Positions 56,501 to 64,000 of a stretch of DNA of 64,000 nucleotides are shown one piece after another; position 1 is the stretch's first letter, and every line of letters begins with the position of its first letter. The stretch is from IMG/VR virus record IMGVR_UViG_3300032289_001637, positions 1 to 64,000 of that record; one strand, 5' to 3'. This stretch comes from a virus. A program made the position numbers and the translations under genes. Under the pieces are notes generated by a model, which was given only the letters and a program-made list of their open reading frames with translations, searched no databases and had not been told where the DNA came from.

Positions 56501-59500
56501 CAGCACCAGGATCAATTGTTGCAAGTCTTCCTCCACCAGTTGAAAGAATGTTTCCAGCTGTTGCATCCATGTCTCCAAGCATTGATGAAGCAGGTATTTG
56601 TTTTAAAAGTTCTTTAGTAGGAAGCGTTGTTCCTGCCTTCATTCCTGGAATCATTGGAGCAGTTGTTGCAAAGATTTCTCCCTCAGGACCATCCATTCTT
56701 ACAATTCTTGATCCAGGAGTTGCAGTACCTGCAATTCTTCTTCTTGCGGCATTTCCAATTAATTCTGCTTGAGCCTCTGCAAGAGTAGGAAATGGCTTAA
56801 CAAACATCTTTCTACCATCAACATCATAGACTCCAGCTATGTCTCTAAACCTACTGCTATGTCCTGTTGAATCTTCAACCTTTGTTCCAGTAAACTTTTT
56901 AATTTGAGATTTTGCAACAACACGATTTGGCATTCTTGCACCAAAGTATTGAACAGCTCCACCAGCATTATAACCAAGTCTGCTGCCTCCTGTTGTAAGA
57001 TATTTTTCTAAACCAATTAGTTGGCTTGGAACAAAGTTTTGAGGACCAGTACCAGAAGCCATAAAGACTTTTCCATCACCTTGACCATCTGATGCTACAA
57101 AGGAAATTTTTCCAGGTGTACCTGAAGAACCAATACTTCTATATACTCCAACTCTTCCTTCAGAATCTCTGTAATTAGCCCCAATACCTCCAAGGCTTTT
57201 TAAATCTATAACTTCTTGACGAGACAAGACTCTATATCCTTCTCTTTCTAGTCTGGAAATAACTTCAGGCTTATCTAAATCTGATGGTCCTGAAACTTTA
57301 AGCTGTCTATTAATTTCCGAAGTTTCAGTTCTAAATTGCATAGGTTTTTTTAATAGTTTATAAATTTCTGGATTATTCTTTTTAATAATGCTTTGATAAA
57401 TTGGACCAATATCTGCATCCATTAAAGTTTTGCTTGGATCCATTCTTCTAATTCTTTCTACAAACTGAGCTTTTATTTTTTCTAAGTTTGCTGGAGATTC
57501 AAGTCTTCCTGCAACAGCCGACAATGGTTCAAACATTTTAGAGGCTGGAACATTTTCTAATCTTTGAGCCAATTCTGATGGACTAAATCCACTTCCACCT
57601 CTTCTTAAGTTTTGGTTAATGCTTCTTGGAAGATTAACTGTAAACCCAGTTTGAAGAGTTAAGGGGGATCCGCCAATTGTTTCAAATATTCTTCTTAACA
57701 ATGGATGCTTGATTTGCTTAGCTTGAGAAATATTTACCGATTCTAAATCTTTTCTAGAAAGCATATGTGTTAATTCATATTTTTCATCTATTTGTCCAGC
57801 TCCAACAGGCTGATTTCTTGGTTGTAATGGTACTGCTACATTTCCTCTCCTTACTGCTTGACCTTGTGCAATATTTTCTAGCTCTCTTTGTCTTCTTGCA
57901 TTTTCTCCTACTCCAACCTGTCCAAATGGAACATCTTCTCTTCTAAGATTATTATTTCTATTTCTAACTACACGATTTGGTCTTGGTCCTGCAAAATATT
58001 GCATTCCAGGAATCATTCCACCATTATTAAAATTATTACCGCTATTAATTGCATCAAGAAGTGCATAGTTTTGTGCAGTAGCCTGTTTGTTTACAACAAA
58101 TTCTCCAGGTGTAAGCATCGCTGGAACTGTGTCTGTATTTCCAACTCCAGGAACAGTAGTTCCTCCAGACATAAAGATTGGTCCACCTTTATTTCTTCTT
58201 AGACCTCTTATTCTAATTGAACTAGCTTTTACTCCACTTGCTGCTGCAGCTCCAGCTGCTGCTGCCACTCCAAGCCCAGGTCTGGTCGCTGCTGCTTGTT
58301 GCTGAACTGATATTAATGCTCTGTATTCTGCAACAAGACCTGCTACTGCATTCCTAGCTGCTCCTGTAGAAGTTGCTTGTTCTAGCATTGCAGCGTTTGC
58401 TATCTGTGTAGAACTTGCTAATTGTTTTGCAGCACCAGCTGCTTCTAATTCTTCAATTGATAAATATTTTGCAGATTGTGTAAGTGCTTTTACTGCTGCT
58501 ACTGGACCACCCTTAATAAGTGCCTTTCCAAAAATTCCAAATCCATGAGTAATTTTTCCAAGGGTTCCAAGTAAGTTAATTAAAAGACCAAGGAACATTG
58601 TTCCAGCAGGAACTACAACACCAACAATTACTGCTGCAATAGCTGCAAATTGTTTTTGACCATCTGAAAGACCATCAAATTTTTCAACAATTTTTGTTAA
58701 GAAGTTTACAACTGGAATTGCCATCTTAATAAATATTTCACCAATTGGTTCAAGAGATAGTTTTAATCTTTCTACTGCTCCAGTAAGCTGTGTTCCTAAA
58801 GCATTTTCTACCGCTGCAAGTTCTTTTTCTGCTGTAGTTCTTAATGCTGTAACATCATATTCCATCAAACTTAAAACTTGACTTGCTTGAGATCCATCTC
58901 TAACAATATTTTCAAACAAAGCTCCAAGTCTTGCATATTGATACTTTCCAAACACCTTTTCAAGTGCTTGTTGCTTTGAAAAATCATCTAATCCTTTAAG
59001 GGCTTCACCAAAAGCAAATACTGTTCCCATCAAATCTCCACGATTTGCAGAAATAATTTTATCTAAATTAATTCCAAATCCTGACAAAGTTTCTGTTGCT
59101 GCTTTTGTTGGATTAATTAAAGATGCAAGACCAGACTTTAATGCGTTAGCACCTTGCTCTGCACTTACACCACCTTCTTGCATTGCTGCAAGGAATACTG
59201 ACATGTCTCGTACATCTCCACCAAGACCTTTAATAACTGGAGCAACTCTTGGAATTGCTGCGGATAAGTCTTGCAAAGAAACTACTGTTTGGTTTTCAAC
59301 CATATTCAAAAAGTTAATTGTATCTGCTAAATCTTCTCCAGATAATCTAAAAGCAGACTGTAGGGCTATTGTAGTTTTTAATGCCTCTTGCTGTTCCATT
59401 TGACCAAGCGTTGCAAGTCTTGTCGCTTGTCTTGTTGCATCTATCAAATCACCATTTCTTGCACCAGATGCTGCTGCGTTTGCAGCCAACCCAATAGTAT

Positions 59501-60245
59501 CTTTTACTGCAATTCCATATTTTGTATATTCTTCAGCAAGTTGTCTAACTTGTGCAATGTTTTGATTAACTTCTTCTGGAGTTGTAAAAGCATCTCCATA
59601 TACCTTTTTAAGGTTTACTAATTGCTTTTCAATATCCATAAAGGTTCTACCTGCAACTGATCCTAGTACAGTTAATGGAACAGTAAATCCAACCATAAGC
59701 TGACGACCAGACCATTGAACATTTTTACCAAAGTTAATCATGTGGGTAGTACCCTGTCTAAACATTGTATTTAGAAGAGCTTGTCTTTCTGCAGCTATTG
59801 CTGCTTTAGAAGAAAAAGCATCAAGTGGTCTAATTGCAAGGGCTTCTCCCATACCCTTTGCTGATGCACCAGTATTAATAAACTGTGTTTGCAGTGTAGA
59901 AGCTCTTCTTGCTGCAAGATCCATAGTTGCTGCAAAAGCAGCACTGTTCTTATTAAATGCAGAACTAAAGAATTGACCTAAAGTTCCTCTACCCTTTTTT
60001 AAAGTACTATCAAGATTTGCAGCTGCAGAATTCATCTTCATAAATTCTGAAGTGAATAGCCCACTTGAATTTATTGCTTTTGAAAGATCTCTTGTATAGT
60101 CGGAAGCAAACTTGCCTTGGGCAAGATTCCCCTTAGCCAAGGCAGCGTTAAATGAGTTTATTTGATTTTGAAGTGCTTTAAGCTCAGCAGCAGCAGATCC
60201 AGTATTAATCTGGATATCAATAATACCTTTAGCTACTCCAGCCAT
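50514..60245 (-). CDS. Tape measure protein with internal cargo domains
   Basis: 3243 aa, Ala/Gly-rich helical N-terminal TMP domain, TM segments, follows the tail chaperones. Confidence 0.9.
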   Translation of the reverse strand: MAGVAKGIIDIQINTGSAAAELKALQNQINSFNAALAKGNLAQGKFASDYTRDLSKAINSSGLFTSEFMKMNSAAANLDSTLKKGRGTLGQFFSSAFNKNSAAFAATMDLAARRASTLQTQFINTGASAKGMGEALAIRPLDAFSSKAAIAAERQALLNTMFRQGTTHMINFGKNVQWSGRQLMVGFTVPLTVLGSVAGRTFMDIEKQLVNLKKVYGDAFTTPEEVNQNIAQVRQLAEEYTKYGIAVKDTIGLAANAAASGARNGDLIDATRQATRLATLGQMEQQEALKTTIALQSAFRLSGEDLADTINFLNMVENQTVVSLQDLSAAIPRVAPVIKGLGGDVRDMSVFLAAMQEGGVSAEQGANALKSGLASLINPTKAATETLSGFGINLDKIISANRGDLMGTVFAFGEALKGLDDFSKQQALEKVFGKYQYARLGALFENIVRDGSQASQVLSLMEYDVTALRTTAEKELAAVENALGTQLTGAVERLKLSLEPIGEIFIKMAIPVVNFLTKIVEKFDGLSDGQKQFAAIAAVIVGVVVPAGTMFLGLLINLLGTLGKITHGFGIFGKALIKGGPVAAVKALTQSAKYLSIEELEAAGAAKQLASSTQIANAAMLEQATSTGAARNAVAGLVAEYRALISVQQQAAATRPGLGVAAAAGAAAASGVKASSIRIRGLRRNKGGPIFMSGGTTVPGVGNTDTVPAMLTPGEFVVNKQATAQNYALLDAINSGNNFNNGGMIPGMQYFAGPRPNRVVRNRNNNLRREDVPFGQVGVGENARRQRELENIAQGQAVRRGNVAVPLQPRNQPVGAGQIDEKYELTHMLSRKDLESVNISQAKQIKHPLLRRIFETIGGSPLTLQTGFTVNLPRSINQNLRRGGSGFSPSELAQRLENVPASKMFEPLSAVAGRLESPANLEKIKAQFVERIRRMDPSKTLMDADIGPIYQSIIKKNNPEIYKLLKKPMQFRTETSEINRQLKVSGPSDLDKPEVISRLEREGYRVLSRQEVIDLKSLGGIGANYRDSEGRVGVYRSIGSSGTPGKISFVASDGQGDGKVFMASGTGPQNFVPSQLIGLEKYLTTGGSRLGYNAGGAVQYFGARMPNRVVAKSQIKKFTGTKVEDSTGHSSRFRDIAGVYDVDGRKMFVKPFPTLAEAQAELIGNAARRRIAGTATPGSRIVRMDGPEGEIFATTAPMIPGMKAGTTLPTKELLKQIPASSMLGDMDATAGNILSTGGGRLATIDPGAAAVKLIRNSKGVFRRATGSEISFGNEATNTGAYTARAITQVTEKTGASKDFVKMLGDAIAREGLTKAQFAKMYDDAVESAIARVPSFKLPSRIGDRSALDEAAKSAGYRNADEAYSAIMLRDLTSIRGLGGDIYSSASRFQGMLKANKGSIVPGQGNTDTVPAMLTPGEFVVNKDATRRNYDLLTAINSGNAQGLNMGGIAYKGSREAPPRLMMNSGGKVPGMQYFAKENRQRVVLPTLPGMPSRRARIMMGMSDPYQLQSRSNTGQGVFKDTSATLSSTAKKMTETFKTISANNMVYARAGERYFQAREAIEKKVVQQQIINKDRMIGINRQLGNIGTAMTGAAKNTALLGKNMALSLIENKKAAMLARKEARNTPEAKAARAEARAQRMQKAGQGMMMASMVPMMASSFVENPKQQQALMGVGAAMAIIPMLQQLGKTAGTVTAGVGLLAAGFVMMRKHVDGLAKSSAIAGANLGGTANRMEEISSATGYSFASVRSGTQDYRFTEKQAQGASEIMPYFDTDEGKKLVEDLKKSSSEDRYKKVASMLEMAIADGMDPKKAESFGSAIAFALDDSLLKSKVIGLIRSGTLESGSKAMISSIEKRQAALNKDLPEINSNRFTANQSFAGGAIAGGAAGAVLGGVLTSWSGPFAAFGIALGAVIGAVGGAATAFFANKKAIEANVAAVGKTFGSSIQTLKELKNAEALLNEERKNGSITTQEFETREKKIQEIRQISYDNIENAVMNTKDSGATQQTIADQLFLSGFSSDSAAVVARATDRDKVAAEVFGQADFSKLDTAQQEIVSTIIASTLDGLTPENYGAKIGDIQGVWALYKEKLLKASEDGTTPTPQEMKAIMESAQLEKFVGATIASSPTKNYDPQTVATNMQKAITDSGTTLSFTQIESALTELGDPDIAIKIGTNADSIKDLEEVLNSLPDGFDLSMYTSYLNGDTEFTDPEAYTKSIQDTIDKIAKVAPKGFDPIELFKLFDGTGKDPEKEIKDAVTKANNLIMQSGGDNEKALTTVFESVGYDATQKEVDAFNALPASQQKTYLTSFVIAMQTVGAMPQLQQETDGRGGAGVAAANAKIKADYAKKIKDQADFIQSLNIDGTGQTPFNEDGGGGGGGTKPPTKKEQAVTFLKDAESQNKEIKNYTNLIKGVADANNVEALSMIPQDVYLNTAKNKRADLIKTMQSQIALQNRLNAVMVLAETQKATSDLSKYSKTLGSLGVVITSDIEGMIDQKAFLAMTTAERKVYIAELNKQASAQTRLAATMALADAKKQTKEMSDYSSVLSGLGVVIDSDVEGMIDQKAFLAMTTAERKVYIAELNKQVQAQSTLAATMALADAKKQTKEISEYSDALNKLGVEINSDVEGMIDQKAFLAMTTQQRKSYIEELNKQTEAQKKLNAVQGLVDIKKNVNGLKDQLDITKQLVTQGINGEIAGLIDVELYQHSTTAAKKEYIDTLKEQLNVQRALEFLTKSSEERTLDTLDLAASAITLENSALETKLSGMERENELIQRQINIRNHALDLLAKEEEKVNKTYDDRISALDKVEKANNRIDQQNRSRVGLASALASGDIAAAANMASEIQTQDAQYQIEDARAALETQRQKELESLSISVNGVLMTRKQITEQISSFGETIYKNEQDMQVVQDAIYENSKKQNDIDKERAKLEYKILLTKMKQNIEALRAAGLTGKALKDLQDYIDAYNVAEKAAVVEKIGTPGQADNTILGTGGGGGTADNIAAPVVVEKVDSLSPTPVTTPVTTPVTTPVTTPVATPVATPVTTPVKPPVISPVAAYVPYTKAEFKAGILNSKLSFGKNKEQHYIAQKMGYVDPKAYTVKADEMDEKYATLSNDKKIEITKFVKKAIASTNYFNTGGIVPGIGSLDSVSARLTPGEFVIRKAMVGKYGMPLLEAINLGAFELPEMSQPTFGVSGSRYDIPQSGKAQGPETMYNNTYNVNVNVAGTDASPDDIANVVMAKLSQQNRGNLRSSRY
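51139..51230. repeat. 12-bp tandem repeat (about 7.7 copies, ACAGGAGTTGYY) encoding PV(T/A)T
   Basis: Read directly. Confidence 0.9.
52290..52900. repeat. Three 204-bp (68-aa) tandem repeats within the TMP
   Basis: TGATCAATCAT at 52369, 52573, 52777; EGMIDQKAFLAMTT repeated. Confidence 0.85.
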
Positions 60246-60616
60246 TAATTAACCACCTCATAATCCAAGCCCATTCCAATTCCGAATCCAGCTCTTTGAG
60301 CTGCTATTCCTTGTAGGGCAAGAATATCATCTGGATTAGAAGTCGCACCTTTGCTATATGCTCTGGCTTTGATTTCTTCCCATTTATTACTAGACGAAGA
60401 GGATTCATCTATATTAACACCTTGAAGTGCTGCTAAAAATTTTCTATCTTCATAGTCTTGATTATTTTTAGCCTCTAGTATTGCTACTAATTCAGGCATT
60501 GATATAGATTCCTCCATTTCAGAATAATTCTTCCAGAATCCTAGAAGAAATACTCTTGATTCTAACTCAGCAAGATCTAGTTCGTCCCAACTAGAGCCGC
60601 TGCCAGTGCGTTTGGG
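60245..60616 (-). CDS. Tail assembly chaperone, -1 frameshift extension (gpT-like)
   Basis: Frame open from 60616 to 60245; slippery C CCA AAC at 60616-60610. Confidence 0.75.
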   Translation of the reverse strand, partial: PKRTGSGSSWDELDLAELESRVFLLGFWKNYSEMEESISMPELVAILEAKNNQDYEDRKFLAALQGVNIDESSSSSNKWEEIKARAYSKGATSNPDDILALQGIAAQRAGFGIGMGLDYEVVN

Positions 60617-60912
60617 TCATTCAATTTAATCCCTGCAGCAACCTCAATTACCTTATACACAGTTGGGAGATCCATGATCTCTTCCAATTGCTCCTTAGTT
60701 GCTAACTCTGCATTGTATTGCTTCATTGCAATAACAGCACAGTTTAACAAAAGATCCATTGATTTGATATTATCTTCTGCAATTTTTGGATCACTAATCT
60801 TTTGAAACTCTTTCATAAAATCTCTTAACAAAGAAATTTTAAGTGGTTTCATAGAAATGTTAGAACCATCTAGTAGCTCTACTTCTACAACTTCATATAC
60901 GCTAGTTGCCAT
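60577..60912 (-). CDS. Tail assembly chaperone (gpG-like)
   Basis: Between the major tail gene and the TMP; AGGAGG SD. Confidence 0.8.
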   Translation of the reverse strand: MATSVYEVVEVELLDGSNISMKPLKISLLRDFMKEFQKISDPKIAEDNIKSMDLLLNCAVIAMKQYNAELATKEQLEEIMDLPTVYKVIEVAAGIKLNDPNALAAALVGTN

Positions 60913-60964
60913 TTATTCCTCCTATAGAATATATTCAATTATATCATAGAAGCCTTGTAAAACA

Positions 60965-61000
60965 AACAATGCCCACCCTTTTTGGGGGTGAGCACTGTTT
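60965..61000 (-). terminator. Terminator after the major tail gene
   Basis: GTGCTCACCC/GGGTGGGCAT stem plus TTGTTTGTTTT. Confidence 0.7.
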
Positions 61001-61019
61001 CTATATTTAGTTTTGTTGG

Positions 61020-61721
61020 TTATCCAACGGTACGATCAACGATCTTACCATAGACACCATTGGATGCTGGAAGTAAACGGAATGTAACTTCAAACATAGA
61101 TGCTTCGTCACGCTTTGCAGATACAGTCACATTCTCAATTGAGAGAACACGATTTGCTATATACACACGCTCTACCTTTGCATTACCAGTTGCTAAAGGA
61201 TCACCAGAACCTGGACCAACAGCGATAAGTGCACGTTCTACAGGAACGTCACCTATTTCGCCACCTGATAGACTAAGGTCGAATTCTCCAGAAGTCAATC
61301 TACCTGAAGCATTCACAGATGCTGAAACACTTGTAACACTTGTTGGTGATGCAATTGCTACAACAAGGTTTTCAAGAGTGGCTTCAGCAAATGCTGTTAC
61401 CATGTTTACTTGCATACCTTGCTTGTAAAGCTTTGCAACATCAAGAAGCTGATCTACCTGAACTTCACCGAAGTCTGGTTGGAACTGTAGTTCTAAACCA
61501 TTCATTGTGAATCCTAGATTTCTCCAGTTTACAGATGCAGATGCTGTTTCAAGAAGGTCTGCGTAAGCTCCAGAACCACTTAGTGCTGGAAATGCATTTG
61601 CACTACCACTTGAAAATCTGTAATCACTGTTAGCTGTGTTAAATTCTAGTGCACCCTGCTTCGAAACGAAGAGTTGGGCTGCACCAACGATAATTTGATT
61701 GGAATTTCCACGAGTTGCCAT
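61020..61721 (-). CDS. Major tail (tube) protein
   Basis: IIVGAAQLF, LGFT..G, VDQ, LEN motifs; position. Confidence 0.8.
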   Translation of the reverse strand: MATRGNSNQIIVGAAQLFVSKQGALEFNTANSDYRFSSGSANAFPALSGSGAYADLLETASASVNWRNLGFTMNGLELQFQPDFGEVQVDQLLDVAKLYKQGMQVNMVTAFAEATLENLVVAIASPTSVTSVSASVNASGRLTSGEFDLSLSGGEIGDVPVERALIAVGPGSGDPLATGNAKVERVYIANRVLSIENVTVSAKRDEASMFEVTFRLLPASNGVYGKIVDRTVG

Positions 61722-61799
61722 ATTTTTTTCACCTCTTTTTTGATCTTAAATTTATGGGGAGATTGGCGTTTCCTAACTTAAGTATACATCTAGTTTTTA

Positions 61800-62381
61800 T
61801 CATTCATTAAACTGTTTTGAATGATAATCATATTTAATAATAAGATCTCTAGTTGGATTATATTCCATAAAGTCTGATACGTCTTGTTGATTATCTGTGA
61901 ATCCAGACTGATAAACATTTACACAATGAAAATGATACCTATTTAACTCTGGATAACTAGGACTATTGTAGTCTGGCAAATTTTTAGTAAATTCGTTAAT
62001 ATCTTTTCCTGCATCATCTTCCCTATCTAGTATGCTTTGAACTAAAGAAGTAAGATTGTAAGTAGTTTCAAACCTATCTTGCTGGAACTTATTAACGCCC
62101 CACAGAGAGCCACCATGGATAGTATATCTCATCTGATCAGTTTTGATAGGGTAAAAATATTTATACCCTCCACGGATTCTACTAAACTTATCAAACACAA
62201 TATATGGTAGATCATTTTCTAAAACTTGGGATGGAAGGTTAGAAGCTGGTGCTGGAAAAAATGGAACTATTTGAGAACCTCCAGAACTTGGTGGATATAA
62301 AGATGAAAATTGCGGAGCATAAGTTTTAAACTGTTCCCAAACATATAAGTTTATAATTTGCTCTGGTCTATAAATTATCAT
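61800..62381 (-). CDS. Tail terminator-like protein
   Basis: LPYIVFD; directly upstream of the major tail gene. Confidence 0.55.
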   Translation of the reverse strand: MIIYRPEQIINLYVWEQFKTYAPQFSSLYPPSSGGSQIVPFFPAPASNLPSQVLENDLPYIVFDKFSRIRGGYKYFYPIKTDQMRYTIHGGSLWGVNKFQQDRFETTYNLTSLVQSILDREDDAGKDINEFTKNLPDYNSPSYPELNRYHFHCVNVYQSGFTDNQQDVSDFMEYNPTRDLIIKYDYHSKQFNE

Positions 62382-63061
62382 AAGGCTTCTCCTGGAGCTT
62401 TAGCTATCCAAGAAAGTGCAGTTGCTCTTCCTGTAGAAGATCCTCCACCATTTACACCTGATGAAAAATAATCTTCATACACTTTTGGATTTGAAAAATA
62501 ATCATAAAATTTTATTGCAGGAAGGTAAACATTTGTAAAGTAGGATCCATAGAACTCATTGAAGGCTTCTACAAAAGATCCTCTTGTTGCTTCTCCGCCA
62601 GGATTAGCAATTATAATTGGACCAACTCTAAAATATTCTTCACCATTAATTGTAAATGCAAGAGCTTTTGCATTTTTTTCATTAATAGTTACTGGAATTC
62701 CCTCTTCCATAATAATAGCTTTATTATAAAATGGCTCTCCTCCATCTTGAGATGGTATATTTGATTGTAAAAATTCTGCATCAATAACTGCTGAAGTATT
62801 ATTAACTTGAAGAGATAAGTCATATAGTCTTTCCATTGGATTTCCAACTTCTCCCCACTCATAAACATGGTGCAACATTCCAGGGTGGGATCTGGCTAAA
62901 CCATCAAGGTATTCGTAAAATACTGAAATAGAAGTAGCACCAACTTTTTGATTTAACAAAGACTTATTTTTATTTAATTCTGTAACAAATCCATTTGAAT
63001 ACTTAACTGTATTATTTAACTTTTTAATTAAATCATCTGCTTTAATTCTTGAACGAATCAT
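62378..63061 (-). CDS. Neck/tail completion protein
   Basis: Position; A.IMEEG, KALAF patterns. Confidence 0.55.
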   Translation of the reverse strand: MIRSRIKADDLIKKLNNTVKYSNGFVTELNKNKSLLNQKVGATSISVFYEYLDGLARSHPGMLHHVYEWGEVGNPMERLYDLSLQVNNTSAVIDAEFLQSNIPSQDGGEPFYNKAIIMEEGIPVTINEKNAKALAFTINGEEYFRVGPIIIANPGGEATRGSFVEAFNEFYGSYFTNVYLPAIKFYDYFSNPKVYEDYFSSGVNGGGSSTGRATALSWIAKAPGEAL

Positions 63062-63534
63062 AATTCTTCATCCCATTTCTGATTTCCAGACCTTGAAATA
63101 AACATTCTATACATGCCAATATTATGAAACATGTCAAATGATGGAACTATTGTTTTTATTTCATACTTTGTTTTTGTAGCACCTTGTTCATATTTAAGGT
63201 TTTCTCCATTAACCCAGGCAGGTTCTCCTGACGGGTCTTTTATATTTGTAATTGCTATTGCAGTTATTGGATAATACTTTCCAGTATTAGATTTTCTAAC
63301 ATCTTCTGAAACTCTAAAAGCAATGTTTGAACTATAGTCAAAAGTTTTATTTCTCACTTTTAATTCTGGTGCAATCATTGCATCAACAAGTTCACTAATT
63401 GCAGAACAGTTAATTGTTCTATTAAAAACCCATTTTCTAATAATATTTCCATATGGTGATTGAGTTTCTTCTGCATAGTATATGTCTGCAGTCATTGGGT
63501 AAAAAATACTGTCTAATGAGGAATTAAAAAGCAT
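63058..63534 (-). CDS. Head-tail stopper candidate
   Basis: Position; beta-rich. Confidence 0.5.
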   Translation of the reverse strand: MLFNSSLDSIFYPMTADIYYAEETQSPYGNIIRKWVFNRTINCSAISELVDAMIAPELKVRNKTFDYSSNIAFRVSEDVRKSNTGKYYPITAIAITNIKDPSGEPAWVNGENLKYEQGATKTKYEIKTIVPSFDMFHNIGMYRMFISRSGNQKWDEEL

Positions 63535-64000
63535 TTATAACACCCCAATACGAATATTATTCTTATACTTTGTTAGGATTCTGTCAACAACAAGATTTCC
63601 AGTTGATGCATTAAAATTCTTTGCAAACTTAATTTTAAAATCAGCATTATCAAATGATTCAATATACTTATTTAAATATTTCATATTGTCACTTGAAATG
63701 TCAGCAACTAAAAGCTCTGTTGCTTCTTTTATGTCTTGAGGAATTACCTTCCATCCAAAATCTGCATCAACAAGGTATTCAAATCCATCTGCAAAGTCAA
63801 CATCCAAGTATCTATCTCTCCATACCCTGTTGTAGTTAACTCTATTAGTTTCAGTTTGTGTTAGCACAATAGATGTCTTATCTTTTGAAATTTCAAATTC
63901 TTGGTCATTTACTGCTGCCGTTGCATCATAAACAAGTTCTAAATTTTCATATAGCTTATGAAGTTTATGAATCTTTTCATCAATAACGAGATAATCAGAT
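63535..64000 (-). CDS. Head-tail adaptor (5'-truncated by the window)
   Basis: Frame open to the window edge; FGW..IP.DIKEA..LL..D pattern. Confidence 0.65.
   Translation of the reverse strand, partial: SDYLVIDEKIHKLHKLYENLELVYDATAAVNDQEFEISKDKTSIVLTQTETNRVNYNRVWRDRYLDVDFADGFEYLVDADFGWKVIPQDIKEATELLVADISSDNMKYLNKYIESFDNADFKIKFAKNFNASTGNLVVDRILTKYKNNIRIGVL

Noticed and set aside
218-63839. Many antisense ORFs in the track (e.g. 218-517, 9707-9952, 23931-24320, 39151-39600, 51124-51393, 61060-61428)
   Set aside because: They are shadows of well-supported genes on the opposite strand, with no motifs or start signals.
1-64000. Alternative genetic code (stop recoding)
   Set aside because: Long genes are intact under the standard code, and TAA, TAG and TGA all terminate coupled genes; no suppressor tRNA was seen.

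Overview
This 64 kb window is part of the genome of a large, AT-rich tailed dsDNA phage with siphovirus-type tail genes. It most likely infects Actinobacteria: it carries WhiB, an actinobacterial-type SSB, FtsZ and secreted transglycosylase, and many leaderless TANNNT-ATG starts. The DnaB-DnaG-ssb-DnaE-RecA-Cas4-RuvC-TerL order recalls large Streptomyces and freshwater actinophages. Layout: (1) 1-6493, + strand: putative early region with DUF932, DUF1281, many small acidic ORFs, a tRNA(CAT) and an HslV-like protease. (2) 6494-7272: AT-rich convergent gap with repeats. (3) 7273-64000, - strand, listed by coordinate: nuclease, 2 tRNAs, thioredoxin, Hsp20, a cell-envelope/lysis module, glycan cluster 1 led by a tail-less FtsZ, small regulators, IMPDH, glycan cluster 2, terminase, recombination/replication genes, minor tail genes, a 3243-aa tape measure, a frameshifted tail chaperone, major tail and neck genes. 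Most notable: a phage-encoded FtsZ lacking its C-terminal tail; a dispersed family of covarying H-type RNA pseudoknots just downstream of genes; a kinase-like cassette embedded in the tape measure; two sugar-modification clusters plus strong S-A-S enrichment in predicted outer tail proteins (candidate virion glycosylation system); and a TGTCAGACC-N4-TGnTAnnnT promoter class. All protein calls rest on motif recognition by eye; no database searches were run.
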